A DNA stretch of 64,000 nt from an uncultured Sphingobium sp. (GTDB taxonomy: Bacteria > Pseudomonadota > Alphaproteobacteria > Sphingomonadales > Sphingomonadaceae). Under the pieces are notes generated by a model. It saw only the letters and a list, made by a program, of their open reading frames with translations. It was not told where the DNA came from and made no database searches. The stretch is taken from assembly GCA_964562225.1 (NCBI GenBank), contig CAZLSU010000001.1, forward strand, positions 1,412 through 65,411, written 5' to 3'. A program made the position numbers and the translations under genes. Below are positions 41,341 through 50,805 of the stretch, piece after piece (position 1 is the first letter of the stretch; every line of letters starts with the position of its first letter).

Positions 41341-42414
41341 TCATGGTTGATCTCTCGCTGGCGCCGTGTCGGTAAACCATCGCCGTCCAAACCAGAAGGC
41401 GACATTGACCAGTAGGATCAGTACCGGCACCTCAACCAAAGGTCCGATCACGGCCGCGAAGGCGACCGGGGAGGCCAGGCCGAAGGCTGCGATGGCGACC
41501 GCGATAGCCAGTTCGAAATTATTGCCGGCCGCCGTGAAAGCGACTGCCGTTGTACGCGGATAATCGCTCGCGATCAGCTTGCCCATGAAGAAGCTGATCG
41601 TGAACTGGACAACGAAATAGATCGTCAGCGGAATGGCAATCCGGATGGCGTCGCCGGGCAGCGTGACGATCTCGCTGCCCTTCAGGCTGAACATGGCGAC
41701 GATCGTAAACAGGAGAGCGATCAGCGTGACGGGACCGATCTTCGGCAGGAATACACCCTCATACCAGTCGTTCCCCTTGGCAGCGACCAACCCTTTGCGG
41801 GTGAGATAGCCGGCCAGGAACGGGACACCGAGATAGATCAACACAGCTTCGGCTATCGTCCAGAAGCTGACGTCGATGACGCTGCCCTCCAGCCCGAACA
41901 GCGGCGGCAGAAAGGCAAGGAAGAACCAGGCATAGACACTGAAAAACAGGATTTGGAAGATCGAGTTGAACGCGACCAGCGCTGCGACATATTGGTTGTC
42001 GCCCTTGGCCAACTGGTTCCAGACGATGACCATGGCGATGCAGCGGGCAAGGCCGATGAGGATAAGGCCGGTCATATATTCCGGCTGATCGCGCAGGAAG
42101 ATCACCGCCAGCGCGAACATCAGCACCGGCCCGATAATCCAGTTCTGGATCAGCGATATCGCTAGTACGCGCCTGTCCTCGAACACACGCGGCAGTTCTT
42201 CATACCGCACCCGCGCGAGCGGTGGGTACATCATCAGGATAAGGCCGATGGCGATCGGGATATTGGTGGTGCCCCAGGACAGGCCGTTGATCGCTTGCGG
42301 CAGCCCCTCGAACGTCGTGCCCAAGCTAACGCCGAGCGCCATTGCGAGGAAAATCCACAAGGTGAGATAGCGGTCGAGAAACGACAGGCGCTCCGGCCTT
42401 GCCGGTCGGGTCAT
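41341..42414 (-). CDS. acr3: ACR3 family arsenite efflux transporter
   Basis: [50 protein letters not shown]. Confidence 0.95.
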   Translation of the reverse strand: MTRPARPERLSFLDRYLTLWIFLAMALGVSLGTTFEGLPQAINGLSWGTTNIPIAIGLILMMYPPLARVRYEELPRVFEDRRVLAISLIQNWIIGPVLMFALAVIFLRDQPEYMTGLILIGLARCIAMVIVWNQLAKGDNQYVAALVAFNSIFQILFFSVYAWFFLAFLPPLFGLEGSVIDVSFWTIAEAVLIYLGVPFLAGYLTRKGLVAAKGNDWYEGVFLPKIGPVTLIALLFTIVAMFSLKGSEIVTLPGDAIRIAIPLTIYFVVQFTISFFMGKLIASDYPRTTAVAFTAAGNNFELAIAVAIAAFGLASPVAFAAVIGPLVEVPVLILLVNVAFWFGRRWFTDTAPARDQP

Positions 42415-42869
42415 GGTTGCTCCCCGCCAACCACGCGATTGCCACCGGCGTCGACGACCTGCTCGCCATCCTCTTTGGCAAATGCGCCTCGCTGCGCCGC
42501 CGGGATCAGGTCGAGCACGGTTTCGGAAGGACGGCACAGTTTGACGCCCAGCGCCGAAACCACCAACGGGCGGTTGATCAGGATGGGATGGTCCATCATG
42601 GCGTCGATCAGCGCAGCGTCGGACAGGCTTTCATCGCCCAGCCCCAATTCGGTGAACGGCGTACCCTTTTCACGCAGCAGGGCGCGCGCTGTGATCCCGG
42701 CACGCGCGATCAGGCTTTCCAGCATGGGGCGCGATGGCGGCGTCTTGAGATATTCAACGACATGCGGCTCGATGCCCGCATTGCGGATCATCGCCAGCGT
42801 GTTGCGCGACGTCCCGCATTCCGGGTTATGATAGATGATGATGTCGCCGAGATTCGGGTTGGCGGTCAT
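42411..42869 (-). CDS. arsC: Glutaredoxin-dependent arsenate reductase
   Basis: [26 protein letters not shown]. Confidence 0.95.
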   Translation of the reverse strand: MTANPNLGDIIIYHNPECGTSRNTLAMIRNAGIEPHVVEYLKTPPSRPMLESLIARAGITARALLREKGTPFTELGLGDESLSDAALIDAMMDHPILINRPLVVSALGVKLCRPSETVLDLIPAAQRGAFAKEDGEQVVDAGGNRVVGGEQP

Positions 42870-43219
42870 GCTGGGGCTCCCTTGGAAACTGGTTCGCAAC
42901 GGATGGAAGAGAGAAGGCTGGCGCACATCTGCGGATCGCCCTGGCAGCAATCCTCCATCAGGAAACCGAGCAACGCCTCCATCCCGGCATAGTCGGCGGC
43001 ATAATGGATGAGTCGGCTCGTCCGCCAGGACGTGGCAAGTCCGGCTTGCTCCAGCTTTGCCAGATGGTGCGACATGGTGGAGGGCGGCACGTCCATCGCT
43101 TCAGCGACAGCGCCCGCAATCATGCCATCCGGCCCCGCCTTGACCAGCAGGCGGAATACCGAGAGCCGCGTGTCCTGCGCAAGCGCGGCAAGCGCCGCGA
43201 CAGCCTTGTCCTGATCCAT
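42866..43219 (-). CDS. arsR: ArsR family repressor (C-terminal CC...C type)
   Basis: ALAQDTRLSVFRLLV...STMSHHL...FLMEDCCQGDPQMC. Confidence 0.92.
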   Translation of the reverse strand: MDQDKAVAALAALAQDTRLSVFRLLVKAGPDGMIAGAVAEAMDVPPSTMSHHLAKLEQAGLATSWRTSRLIHYAADYAGMEALLGFLMEDCCQGDPQMCASLLSSIRCEPVSKGAPA

Positions 43220-43231
43220 ATCCTATCCTTG

Positions 43232-43304
43232 ATTCGATCATTGTCGAATTATGAACCATCAACACACCCGTCAATCATATTTCGATAAATGCGAAAATAT
43301 CGAA
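43232..43304. promoter_or_regulatory. Two related inverted repeats, putative ArsR operators
   Basis: ATTCGA-N6-TCGAAT (43232-43249) and TTCGATA-N10-TATCGAA (43281-43304) in the AT-rich arsR/phoA gap. Confidence 0.55.
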
Positions 43305-43363
43305 TATTTGTAGTCTTTCTGTCATCATCGCATGGAAGGAAGGCCGCTCGAAGGAGACCTTTC

Positions 43364-44860
43364 ATGTTCGCCGCACGCCGTTTGGTTCGTCCGTCCGTTA
43401 TCGCCCTGCTCACAGTCGCGGGTCCAGCGATGGCGCAGCACGCTACCACCACCGACGCCTATCGGGCGCAGGCAATGGCTGAACTGGAGCGGATCAGGGC
43501 GGATGCACCGGTGGTCGGCAAGGCGCGCAACATCATCCTGTTCATCGGCGATGGCATGGGGGTCAGCACATTGACGGCGGCGCGCATCCATCAGGGGCAG
43601 CGCCAAGGCGTGGACGGCGAATCCTTCGTGCCGACCATGGATCGGCTGTCCAGCACGGCGCTGGTCAAAACCTATTCGCATGACGGGCAGGTGTCGGATT
43701 CCGCGCCGACCGCCACGGCGATCCTGACCGGGGTCAAGACCCGCAACGGCGTCATCGGCATCGGGCCGGAAGTGGCGGAAAATGACTGCGCCGCCAGCAA
43801 GGCGCATGAACTGCCGTCCCTGTTCGGCTTCGCCCAGGAACGCGGCATGGCGACTGGCGTCATCTCCACCGCGCGCATTACCCATGCGACACCCGCAGCG
43901 ACCTACGCGCACACGCCGCAGCGCGATTGGGAAGCCGATAGCGACCTGTCCGCCGACGCCCGCACGCAGGGCTGCATCGACATTGCCCGACAAATGATCG
44001 AGGGCGAGGTCGGCGCACGGCTCGACCTCATTCTGGGCGGCGGTCGCGCCAACTTCCTGCCCGCAACCACCCGCGATCCTGAATATGCCGATATGATGGG
44101 GAAGCGCACCGATCGCAAAGACCTGACCAAAGCGTGGCAGCGGCACAATCCGCGTGGGGCCTATGTCTGGAACAGCGATGCGTTCGCCAAGGTTGATCTC
44201 GCGCGCACGCCACGCCTGTTCGGCCTCTTCGAACCCGATCATATGCATTATGAAGCCGATCGCGCCAAGGACGTCGGCGGCGAACCGTCGCTGGCGGATA
44301 TGACCCGCGCAGCGATCACCATGCTGGGCAGCCGGGAAAAGGGCTATGTCCTGCTGGTCGAGGGCGGCCGGATCGATCACGCGCATCACGCTGGCAACGC
44401 CCGCCGGGCGCTGGAAGACACGATTGTCATGGACGAGGCGGTCAAGGTCGCGCTCGACATGACCGATCAGGCCGACACGCTGGTGCTGGTGACCGCCGAC
44501 CACAGCCACACTTTCGCGATCAGCGGCTATCCCGGTCGGGGCAACCCGGTCCTCGGGGTCGTGGCCAATGGCGGCCAGGCACTCAAGGCGAAGGATGGTA
44601 AGGGCTATACGACGCTAGGCTACGCCAATGGTCCGGGCGCAACTATCGACACGCCGCGCGCCGATCCGCTCCAGACCGACACCACCACGCTCAACTATCG
44701 CCAGCAGGCGCTGGTGCCGCTGGGTTCGGAAACCCATGACGGCGAAGACATCCTCGCCCGTGCCTCAGGCCCGATGGCGCATCTGGTCAAGGGCACGATC
44801 GAGCAGCACAGCCTCTATTACATCATGCGCGACGCGCTCACCGGCCCGGCGGCCGAATGA
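43364..44860 (+). CDS. phoA: Secreted alkaline phosphatase (PhoA family)
   Basis: Signal peptide (AMA-Q), NIILFIGDGMG, VSDSAPTATA, THATPA, VEGGRIDHAHH, VTADHSH, ETHDGED; AAGGAG RBS. Confidence 0.9.
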   Translation: MFAARRLVRPSVIALLTVAGPAMAQHATTTDAYRAQAMAELERIRADAPVVGKARNIILFIGDGMGVSTLTAARIHQGQRQGVDGESFVPTMDRLSSTALVKTYSHDGQVSDSAPTATAILTGVKTRNGVIGIGPEVAENDCAASKAHELPSLFGFAQERGMATGVISTARITHATPAATYAHTPQRDWEADSDLSADARTQGCIDIARQMIEGEVGARLDLILGGGRANFLPATTRDPEYADMMGKRTDRKDLTKAWQRHNPRGAYVWNSDAFAKVDLARTPRLFGLFEPDHMHYEADRAKDVGGEPSLADMTRAAITMLGSREKGYVLLVEGGRIDHAHHAGNARRALEDTIVMDEAVKVALDMTDQADTLVLVTADHSHTFAISGYPGRGNPVLGVVANGGQALKAKDGKGYTTLGYANGPGATIDTPRADPLQTDTTTLNYRQQALVPLGSETHDGEDILARASGPMAHLVKGTIEQHSLYYIMRDALTGPAAE

Positions 44861-44930
44861 AGGGCGGCAGCCATCTACAGTAATACTGTCTCGAATCGTC
44901 TGTCGTCATTGGTGACATAATAGCCCATGC

Positions 44931-46028
44931 ATGGCTGGCCCGGCACGAGCATCCCCAACGCCGGCTTCAGTCAGGACCAGACCATTGGACACGCATGATA
45001 TCATCATCGTCGGCGGCGGGCAGATGGGCCTGTCGCTCGGCTATTATCTGCGCCGCGCGAAAATGGACTTCCTGATCCTTGATCGCGAGGACGGACCAGG
45101 TGGTGCCTGGCGCCATGGTTGGAATTCGCTCCGGCTGTTCTCGCCTGCGGGATATAGTTCGCTTCCCGGCTGGATGATGCCGCCGCCCGATCACAAAGGC
45201 TATCCGACCCGCGACGATGTACTCGCCTACCTGCGCGCCTATGAGCAACGCTACGACTTGCCGATCCGACGCCCTGTCCGGGTCGATACGATCAAGCCAG
45301 GCGGCACAGGGCTGGAGATTGCCACGGACACGGGCACGATGTTCGCGAAGATGGTCGTCAGCGCGACAGGCACATGGTCGCATCCCTATGTGCCCGCCAT
45401 TGCCGGGCGGGACGTGTTCGAAGGCAGGCAGGTTCATTCCGCGCGCTATGTAAGCCCGGATGAATTCGCTGATCAGACCGTGCTGGTGGTCGGCGGCGGC
45501 AATAGCGGCGCACAGATCATGGCTGAGATTGCCCTGGTTGCTCGCGCTTTATGGGTGACGACGCAGGATCCGATTTTCCTGCCCGACGATGTCGACGGTC
45601 GCGTGCTGTTCGAACGCGCGGTCGCTCGCATGAAGGACGGCGCAAATGACATGCCGGTTGGAGGCATTGGCGATATCGTCATGGTCCCCTCGGTCAAGTC
45701 CGCGCGTGACCGGGGCGACTTGTCTTCGGTGCGCCCCTTTGACCGAATGACGCCCAGTGGCGTCGTCTGGCCGGACGGATCGGGCATGGCCGTCGATGCA
45801 ATCATATGGTGTACAGGCTTCCGGCCGGCGCTGGATCATCTGGGCGGATTGGGTGTCCTCGAAGCCGATGGAAAGGTCATTGTCGAGAATCAACGCTCGG
45901 TCAAACAGCCGCGCCTGTGGCTGGGTGGATATGGCGACTGGACCGGTCCGGGTTCAGCGACGCTCATGGGCGCGGCCCGAACGGCGCGCGTCATGGCGAA
46001 TGCGTTCACGAACGCCTTCAATGGCTGA
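44931..46028 (+). CDS. ArsO-like NAD(P)H-dependent flavin monooxygenase
   Basis: [21 protein letters not shown] fingerprint [36 protein letters not shown]. Confidence 0.8.
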   Translation: MAGPARASPTPASVRTRPLDTHDIIIVGGGQMGLSLGYYLRRAKMDFLILDREDGPGGAWRHGWNSLRLFSPAGYSSLPGWMMPPPDHKGYPTRDDVLAYLRAYEQRYDLPIRRPVRVDTIKPGGTGLEIATDTGTMFAKMVVSATGTWSHPYVPAIAGRDVFEGRQVHSARYVSPDEFADQTVLVVGGGNSGAQIMAEIALVARALWVTTQDPIFLPDDVDGRVLFERAVARMKDGANDMPVGGIGDIVMVPSVKSARDRGDLSSVRPFDRMTPSGVVWPDGSGMAVDAIIWCTGFRPALDHLGGLGVLEADGKVIVENQRSVKQPRLWLGGYGDWTGPGSATLMGAARTARVMANAFTNAFNG

Positions 46029-46053
46029 CGATTGGCCGGTGCTTGTTACAAAC

Positions 46054-46119
46054 AGTTGCGTAAAAGGGCAAGTTCCTGCCCTTTTACGCAACTTTATGGT
46101 CAAACGGCACTTAAGTGCC
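46054..46119. repeat. Perfect 17-bp inverted repeat plus adjacent 14-bp palindrome
   Basis: AGTTGCGTAAAAGGGCA-AGTTCC-TGCCCTTTTACGCAACT (46054-46093) and GGCACTTAAGTGCC (46106-46119). Confidence 0.85.
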
Positions 46120-46536
46120 CTACCCGTTGCGACGGTCAAAATACTGAGCCATCATCGCTTTCAGATCGAACCGAGAGAGAGACGAGCTACACGCTTTTGC
46201 GAGCGATGAACCGCTGGATCTCGTGTCACGATCTGAGTGAAATGCTAATATATTCCCTCAACTCGCAAGATAACGCTACCTAAAAATGGAGAAATAGCGA
46301 GTTATCATGCACCATGTGGGACAATAAAGGACGTATTGGTTATGTTATAGATGTCGCTCAAGCTGCGTTCTTGAACGCGGCACGATACCGCGTGACTAGT
46401 TTCCTAGCTTCCATCGTAGGAAGCCTAAAGAAGTTCGCAATGTGGACTAAAGGGGGAGCCAACATGCTCCATAAAGTCTACCTTTTCTGCGGTTTTGCGG
46501 CGCTTCAATGCCGCACCTTGAAACAGGGTGCGGCAT

Positions 46537-47709
46537 TCAATCATTCGCTGTGAACCTGTAATCGTCGCTGCGGCCGTCATCCTTGGCCTGCATTTCCCAT
46601 CGCGCAAGAGCCGTGATCGCCTGATCCGCCAACCGCTTCTGATCGGCGTCGGCGGTATAGATCGCCAGCGTCTCGTCTCGGTCCTGCCCGGATAGAGCCT
46701 TCATCGGCTTGTTCGCGGTGCCAAGGTCAGCGAGACGGCGCAGCGTCGCTTTGCGCAGTCCGTGGCCGTTATGGTGCAACAGCCCGGCAGCGACGCAGGC
46801 ATCCTTAAACCAGTTGCCGAAACTCTCCTTGGTGTAGGCCGTGCCCTTACGCGACACAATGAAACAGAAGCGGCTCGTCAGGTGCGGAGGCATTGCCACG
46901 ATGGCCTCCAGCAGTTGCGGGGCCAGGGCGACCCATAGCGCCTTGCCTGTCTTCGCCTGAACCACAGGGATGCGTCCGCCGACGATCTGCGCCTTGCCCA
47001 TCCTGAATACGTCGCACCGGCGCTGATCGGTCCATAGATACAGTTCCATCGCCAGGCGTTCGCGCGTGCCCAATTTATGGAATTCGCGATACTGGTGGAT
47101 ATCTTCTTCGGTCCACGAATGGAAGCCTTTGGTCTTTTCGCCGACCGCGACCTTCACCTTGGACGATTGCGCGGCGGGGTTTTCGTCACACAGTTTGGCC
47201 TTCACGCAGAAGTCGAAGAAACGGACCAGTTCCTTGCGCAACTTGATCGCCGCGTTGATTCCGCCCTTTGTCTTGTTGCCGACGCCGGTCTTGACCCGCT
47301 TCTTTGCCACGATCTTGTCGATGGCCTCGAAGTTCATGCCGGACAGCATCCGGGTTCCGCGATAGCCAGAGATTTCATCCCCTGAGCGAAAATCCTCCAG
47401 AACGGCCCTGATCTTCTGTTGCGTGATGGCGCTCGGCCCCAATCGCTCGATCGGGTCCATGTAGCGATCCAGCGCCTCGTCCAATGTGCCGGGCTTCGCT
47501 TTAGACTTGGCGGGCTTTGGCGCTTGCGCGCCAGGGTTCAGGAAGGCGTTATACTCGCCCCGGAATTCCTCGGTGCCCATCTGGTGCTTGAAATAGCCGC
47601 TGGGTAGACCCTTCTTGCGAAAACGGAAACGGGCATTGCCGTGGCGGTTCTTCTCCTTCGTCACGAAGTCGGGAAGGAACCGGTTCGATTTGTCGCGCTG
47701 CCTCGCCAT
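46537..47709 (-). CDS. int: Phage tyrosine integrase
   Basis: TDQRRCDV (R), QAKTG (K), HGLRK (HxxR), AIY (Y); the second His position reads SGQ. Confidence 0.88.
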   Translation of the reverse strand: MARQRDKSNRFLPDFVTKEKNRHGNARFRFRKKGLPSGYFKHQMGTEEFRGEYNAFLNPGAQAPKPAKSKAKPGTLDEALDRYMDPIERLGPSAITQQKIRAVLEDFRSGDEISGYRGTRMLSGMNFEAIDKIVAKKRVKTGVGNKTKGGINAAIKLRKELVRFFDFCVKAKLCDENPAAQSSKVKVAVGEKTKGFHSWTEEDIHQYREFHKLGTRERLAMELYLWTDQRRCDVFRMGKAQIVGGRIPVVQAKTGKALWVALAPQLLEAIVAMPPHLTSRFCFIVSRKGTAYTKESFGNWFKDACVAAGLLHHNGHGLRKATLRRLADLGTANKPMKALSGQDRDETLAIYTADADQKRLADQAITALARWEMQAKDDGRSDDYRFTAND

Positions 47710-47885
47710 CACTCTCGATCCCATTCACTACCGGTCGGCTCCGAATCGCTCGGCTCCCCGATAATGACCACGATGCAGCTTTTCGCCAAATCCATAACAA
47801 TGCGCGCACGCTCATAGCCGCCCGATTTGACGGCCTTGACGGCTCTGTCCATATCAGCCTGCGTTATGCGTGCGGCGGCTGTCAT
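47709..47885 (-). CDS. Small excisionase-position protein (58 aa)
   Basis: MTAAARITQADMDRAVKAVKSGGYERARIVMDL...EWDRE; stop overlaps the integrase start. Below the ORF-track cutoff. Function inferred from position. Confidence 0.6.
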   Translation of the reverse strand: MTAAARITQADMDRAVKAVKSGGYERARIVMDLAKSCIVVIIGEPSDSEPTGSEWDRE

Positions 47886-48319
47886 CACCGCCCCTCCAGC
47901 GCCGCGTCGATCATGGCACGATAGACCAGTGCAGCCCGCGTCCCTTTGCTGACCGTGTGGTCCAAAGCCTTCATTTCAGGCTCATCGCGTAGCCATTGCG
48001 GTATTGCATGGCCTGACCGCTCAAGGTGCGCGAACAATGCGCGGGGGGTTTTTGGCGACATATCCATCCAGAAGATGATTTGCCGGGCTAGTCCACCCCA
48101 TTGCGCCTCACTAGGCTCGCGTATAGCTTTCAGGGCGGCGATGGCCATGTCGATATAATCTGACTGGAATGGTTCGATCGCATCCCGGAATCTGCCTCCA
48201 CTCTGCCCACGCTTAGCGATCCATCTGGCCTTGTTCGTGAAGGCGTCGGAAAAGTTATCGCCGTTAGCCGTCGCAATCCCCCGCGCCATCCTCTCGATCG
48301 CATCGCTGGGGGCGGTCAT
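47885..48319 (-). CDS. Phage hypothetical protein
   Basis: Coupled ORF with AIREPSEA and YRAMIDAAL motifs typical of alphaproteobacterial phage small proteins. Confidence 0.65.
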   Translation of the reverse strand: MTAPSDAIERMARGIATANGDNFSDAFTNKARWIAKRGQSGGRFRDAIEPFQSDYIDMAIAALKAIREPSEAQWGGLARQIIFWMDMSPKTPRALFAHLERSGHAIPQWLRDEPEMKALDHTVSKGTRAALVYRAMIDAALEGR

Positions 48320-48663
48320 GGCGTGGGTTCCATAGCTTGGCGCAGGCGATATATGTTCGCGACGGCCTGTTCATACGACGCCTCAATTTCCCGCTCACAC
48401 AGGTCAATGTGACGGCGGACGCTGGAAACTGGAAAAGGCTCTGTGTCACGGCATGCCTTGGGACGATCCGGCCCATCGTAGTGCAGGGCAGCGGTCGCGC
48501 GATCATATATCCCGGCTTGGGCGATGTCGCTCGTATAGCCCGAACTATCAGACCGATACCAGCATCCCCACTTGTTCGACCAAATTAGCCAGTGGGCGTC
48601 GCTGAACCTTTCCAGCCTGTCCTTATAGACAAGCTTCGGCTTCGATTTGAGATGGCACCTCAC
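48316..48663 (-). CDS. Phage hypothetical protein
   Basis: WLIWSNKWGCWYR...GYTSDIAQAGIY; 4-bp overlaps on both sides. Confidence 0.65.
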   Translation of the reverse strand: MRCHLKSKPKLVYKDRLERFSDAHWLIWSNKWGCWYRSDSSGYTSDIAQAGIYDRATAALHYDGPDRPKACRDTEPFPVSSVRRHIDLCEREIEASYEQAVANIYRLRQAMEPTP

Positions 48664-48887
48664 AACCTCACCCCCTCATTAGCAATCAGCCATGCCACGC
48701 GCTCGACGGCTTCGGGGCGGGCGATCTCACAGGGGACGATGCGCGCCAGATCGGAGCGGCAGGACGGACAGCCGCATTCGTCGCTGACGAACCGATCCAC
48801 CGCCTCCTGCTCTGCCTTGTGCGTTGGGCAAAGGAACGTGTGGTCGGCCTGCTCGGTGCAGTCTTCGGACATGATGCAGCGGGTCAT
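48660..48887 (-). CDS. Cys-rich phage hypothetical protein
   Basis: 75 aa, seven Cys, coupled overlaps. Confidence 0.55.
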   Translation of the reverse strand: MTRCIMSEDCTEQADHTFLCPTHKAEQEAVDRFVSDECGCPSCRSDLARIVPCEIARPEAVERVAWLIANEGVRL

Positions 48888-49213
48888 TGCGGGTCGCCGG
48901 TTGCTGCGCTGAACGCGATCAGTCGCAGGTCAGTGCTTGCCCCGATCTGCGCCAGTTCGCGAACATATTCATTGAACTTAAGGGCGACGTTTTTCCGCCA
49001 TGCCCGAAAGGCCAACCGGCGGACAGTCTCATCGATAGCGATCTCTACCCGGTGGTATTCGCCTTTGCGATAAGACACAGGGTCGCCAACATTGATCACC
49101 TCTCGCGTACAGCCGGAATCCACCTTCAACAGAACGTATTCGTCAAACTGCTTTTTCAGTTTGCGCGCCTCGGCTTCAATCGAGATTGCGCGTCTCATCT
49201 TGTCAGTGGTCAT
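48884..49213 (-). CDS. Phage hypothetical protein
   Basis: 109 aa, coupled overlaps. Confidence 0.55.
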   Translation of the reverse strand: MTTDKMRRAISIEAEARKLKKQFDEYVLLKVDSGCTREVINVGDPVSYRKGEYHRVEIAIDETVRRLAFRAWRKNVALKFNEYVRELAQIGASTDLRLIAFSAATGDPQ

Positions 49214-49353
49214 GATGGTTCGTCCTCATCCAAACGGCGATCATCATGCACGTCATCCCATCCGCGTAACCAATCGACATTGCGGCGGGCATCGCGCGGC
49301 TGACCGGCCATGCTGGCATTGCGGCCTTTCTGGTATTCGATGATCTCACTCAT
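49210..49353 (-). CDS. Small Rmf-like phage protein (47 aa)
   Basis: MSEIIEYQKGRNASMAGQPRDARRNVDWLRGWDDVHDD...; ATGA overlaps at both ends; not in the ORF track. Confidence 0.5.
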   Translation of the reverse strand: MSEIIEYQKGRNASMAGQPRDARRNVDWLRGWDDVHDDRRLDEDEPS

Positions 49354-49487
49354 CCCCAAATCCTCCTGAAAAACCCGACGCGCTCGGGGTGCATCGGTAG
49401 TATTTCACCGCGCGCACGTTCCCGTTGCCAAGCAGTTTGCTTGGGGATCGGGAGGGGGTCGCGGCCTTGACGGTGGTGACGGGTCAT
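49350..49487 (-). CDS. Small phage hypothetical protein (45 aa)
   Basis: MTRHHRQGRDPLPIPKQTAWQRERARGEILPMHPERVGFFRRIWG fills the gap with ATGA overlaps at both ends. Confidence 0.5.
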   Translation of the reverse strand: MTRHHRQGRDPLPIPKQTAWQRERARGEILPMHPERVGFFRRIWG

Positions 49488-49738
49488 ACCTGCCTCACCG
49501 GATCAATTCGGACGCTGCCAAACAGCAGGTCGATAATGATGGACGAACCACCAACGCTAATGCCGATTTTCCACCGCCATCCGCCGCCAAACCGCGCGCC
49601 GGATCGGTTTAGTGGCGCGGTGGGGCCTTTGCCGTTCTTATGTGGGAACCATCCATATCCCTGCCACGGCCACCGGTCCGCTTTGATCCGGTATTTCCCG
49701 ATACGCATCTCAAAACTCCTTGCGCCGCCGTTTTCCAT
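49484..49738 (-). CDS. Phage hypothetical protein (Trp/Gly-rich)
   Basis: 84 aa, coupled to the downstream ORF. Confidence 0.5.
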   Translation of the reverse strand: MENGGARSFEMRIGKYRIKADRWPWQGYGWFPHKNGKGPTAPLNRSGARFGGGWRWKIGISVGGSSIIIDLLFGSVRIDPVRQV

Positions 49739-49787
49739 CCGGCTTGCGCGCTTGCCCTGTCGTCGGGGGACGCTGGTGGGCGGTTAA

Positions 49788-50021
49788 CTAGATCCCGTGA
49801 ATGTCCCGATCGTCGCGGCGGCTATCGCGGGCGAAGTCGTAGGGGTCGTCGCCAAAGCCATCATCATAGCCAGCGTGGTAGTCGGAAACTGCCTGCGGAT
49901 CGGGGTAGCCGCATGTGCCGCATCCCCAATCGTAATCCTCGGTTCCGGCCCCGATGCTTTCCTGACAAACCGGGCAGAAAGCGCCGTACTGATTTTCCAG
50001 CCAAGCAATGTGGCCCATCAC
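49788..50021 (-). CDS. Small Zn-ribbon-like phage protein
   Basis: CPVC...CGTC with acidic tail. Confidence 0.55.
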   Translation of the reverse strand: MMGHIAWLENQYGAFCPVCQESIGAGTEDYDWGCGTCGYPDPQAVSDYHAGYDDGFGDDPYDFARDSRRDDRDIHGI

Positions 50022-50305
50022 CCTTCCCCCTTCATTGCCCGCCGCATAGCCATCGTTTCCCGACCCTTGGCGGCACCTTGCGCCTGCTTTTCGCGGGTCG
50101 CTTTGAGGGCGGATAGTTCGGCGGACGCACGGTTGTGCGCCTGCTCTGCCGCGTGAATGGCGTCGAGCAGGGTGGTGCGTTCAGTGACCAGTCGGCGGAT
50201 GTTGCCCTCCCGCCCGCGTCCAAGTGCCACAATGGTTTCGATCCGGTCTTGCAGGTGCTTTACCACAGCCTCATGCGTCGATCTGAATACGAACAATTTG
50301 AACAT
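50018..50305 (-). CDS. Phage coiled-coil hypothetical protein
   Basis: 95 aa with AAGGAG RBS, downstream of ssb. Confidence 0.6.
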   Translation of the reverse strand: MFKLFVFRSTHEAVVKHLQDRIETIVALGRGREGNIRRLVTERTTLLDAIHAAEQAHNRASAELSALKATREKQAQGAAKGRETMAMRRAMKGEG

Positions 50306-50331
50306 GGAGGTGTCTCCTTATGCTTTGAGGG

Positions 50332-50805
50332 TCAAAACGGAACTTCGTCGTCCAGGTCATCGCCGAATGACGATTTGCTGCCGAACCCGTCCTGATTGCT
50401 GTGCCGTGGGGCGCTGTTGGACTGCCGATCATCGGTGCGCTGGTTGCCACCCGGCGCACCATCGAGCATGGTCAAGGTAGCGCCAGGCCCGCCAAGCACT
50501 ACCTCGGTCGTGTAGCGGTCGTTGCCAGATTGGTCCTGCCATTTGCGGGTGCGAAGTTGGCCCTCGATGTAGACCTTGCTGCCCTTGCGCAAAAAGCGTT
50601 CAGCCACGCCGACCAGCCCATCACCCGTAATGGACACGCTGTGCCATTCGGTGCGCTCCTTTTTTTCGCCGGTCGTCTTGTCCTTCCAGCTTTCGGACGT
50701 GGCGATACGAAGGTTTGCGATCCGCCCACCATTTTGGAATGACTTGACCTCCGGGTCCGCGCCAAGGTTGCCGACGATGATGACCTTGTTGACGGAGCCG
50801 CTCAT
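50332..50805 (-). CDS. ssb: Single-stranded DNA-binding protein
   Basis: [16 protein letters not shown]...ATSESWKDK...[16 protein letters not shown]...DDEVPF. Confidence 0.97.
   Translation of the reverse strand: MSGSVNKVIIVGNLGADPEVKSFQNGGRIANLRIATSESWKDKTTGEKKERTEWHSVSITGDGLVGVAERFLRKGSKVYIEGQLRTRKWQDQSGNDRYTTEVVLGGPGATLTMLDGAPGGNQRTDDRQSNSAPRHSNQDGFGSKSSFGDDLDDEVPF

Noticed and set aside
46120-46536. tRNA integration target downstream of the integrase
   Set aside because: No cloverleaf or T-loop/CCA pattern was found by eye.
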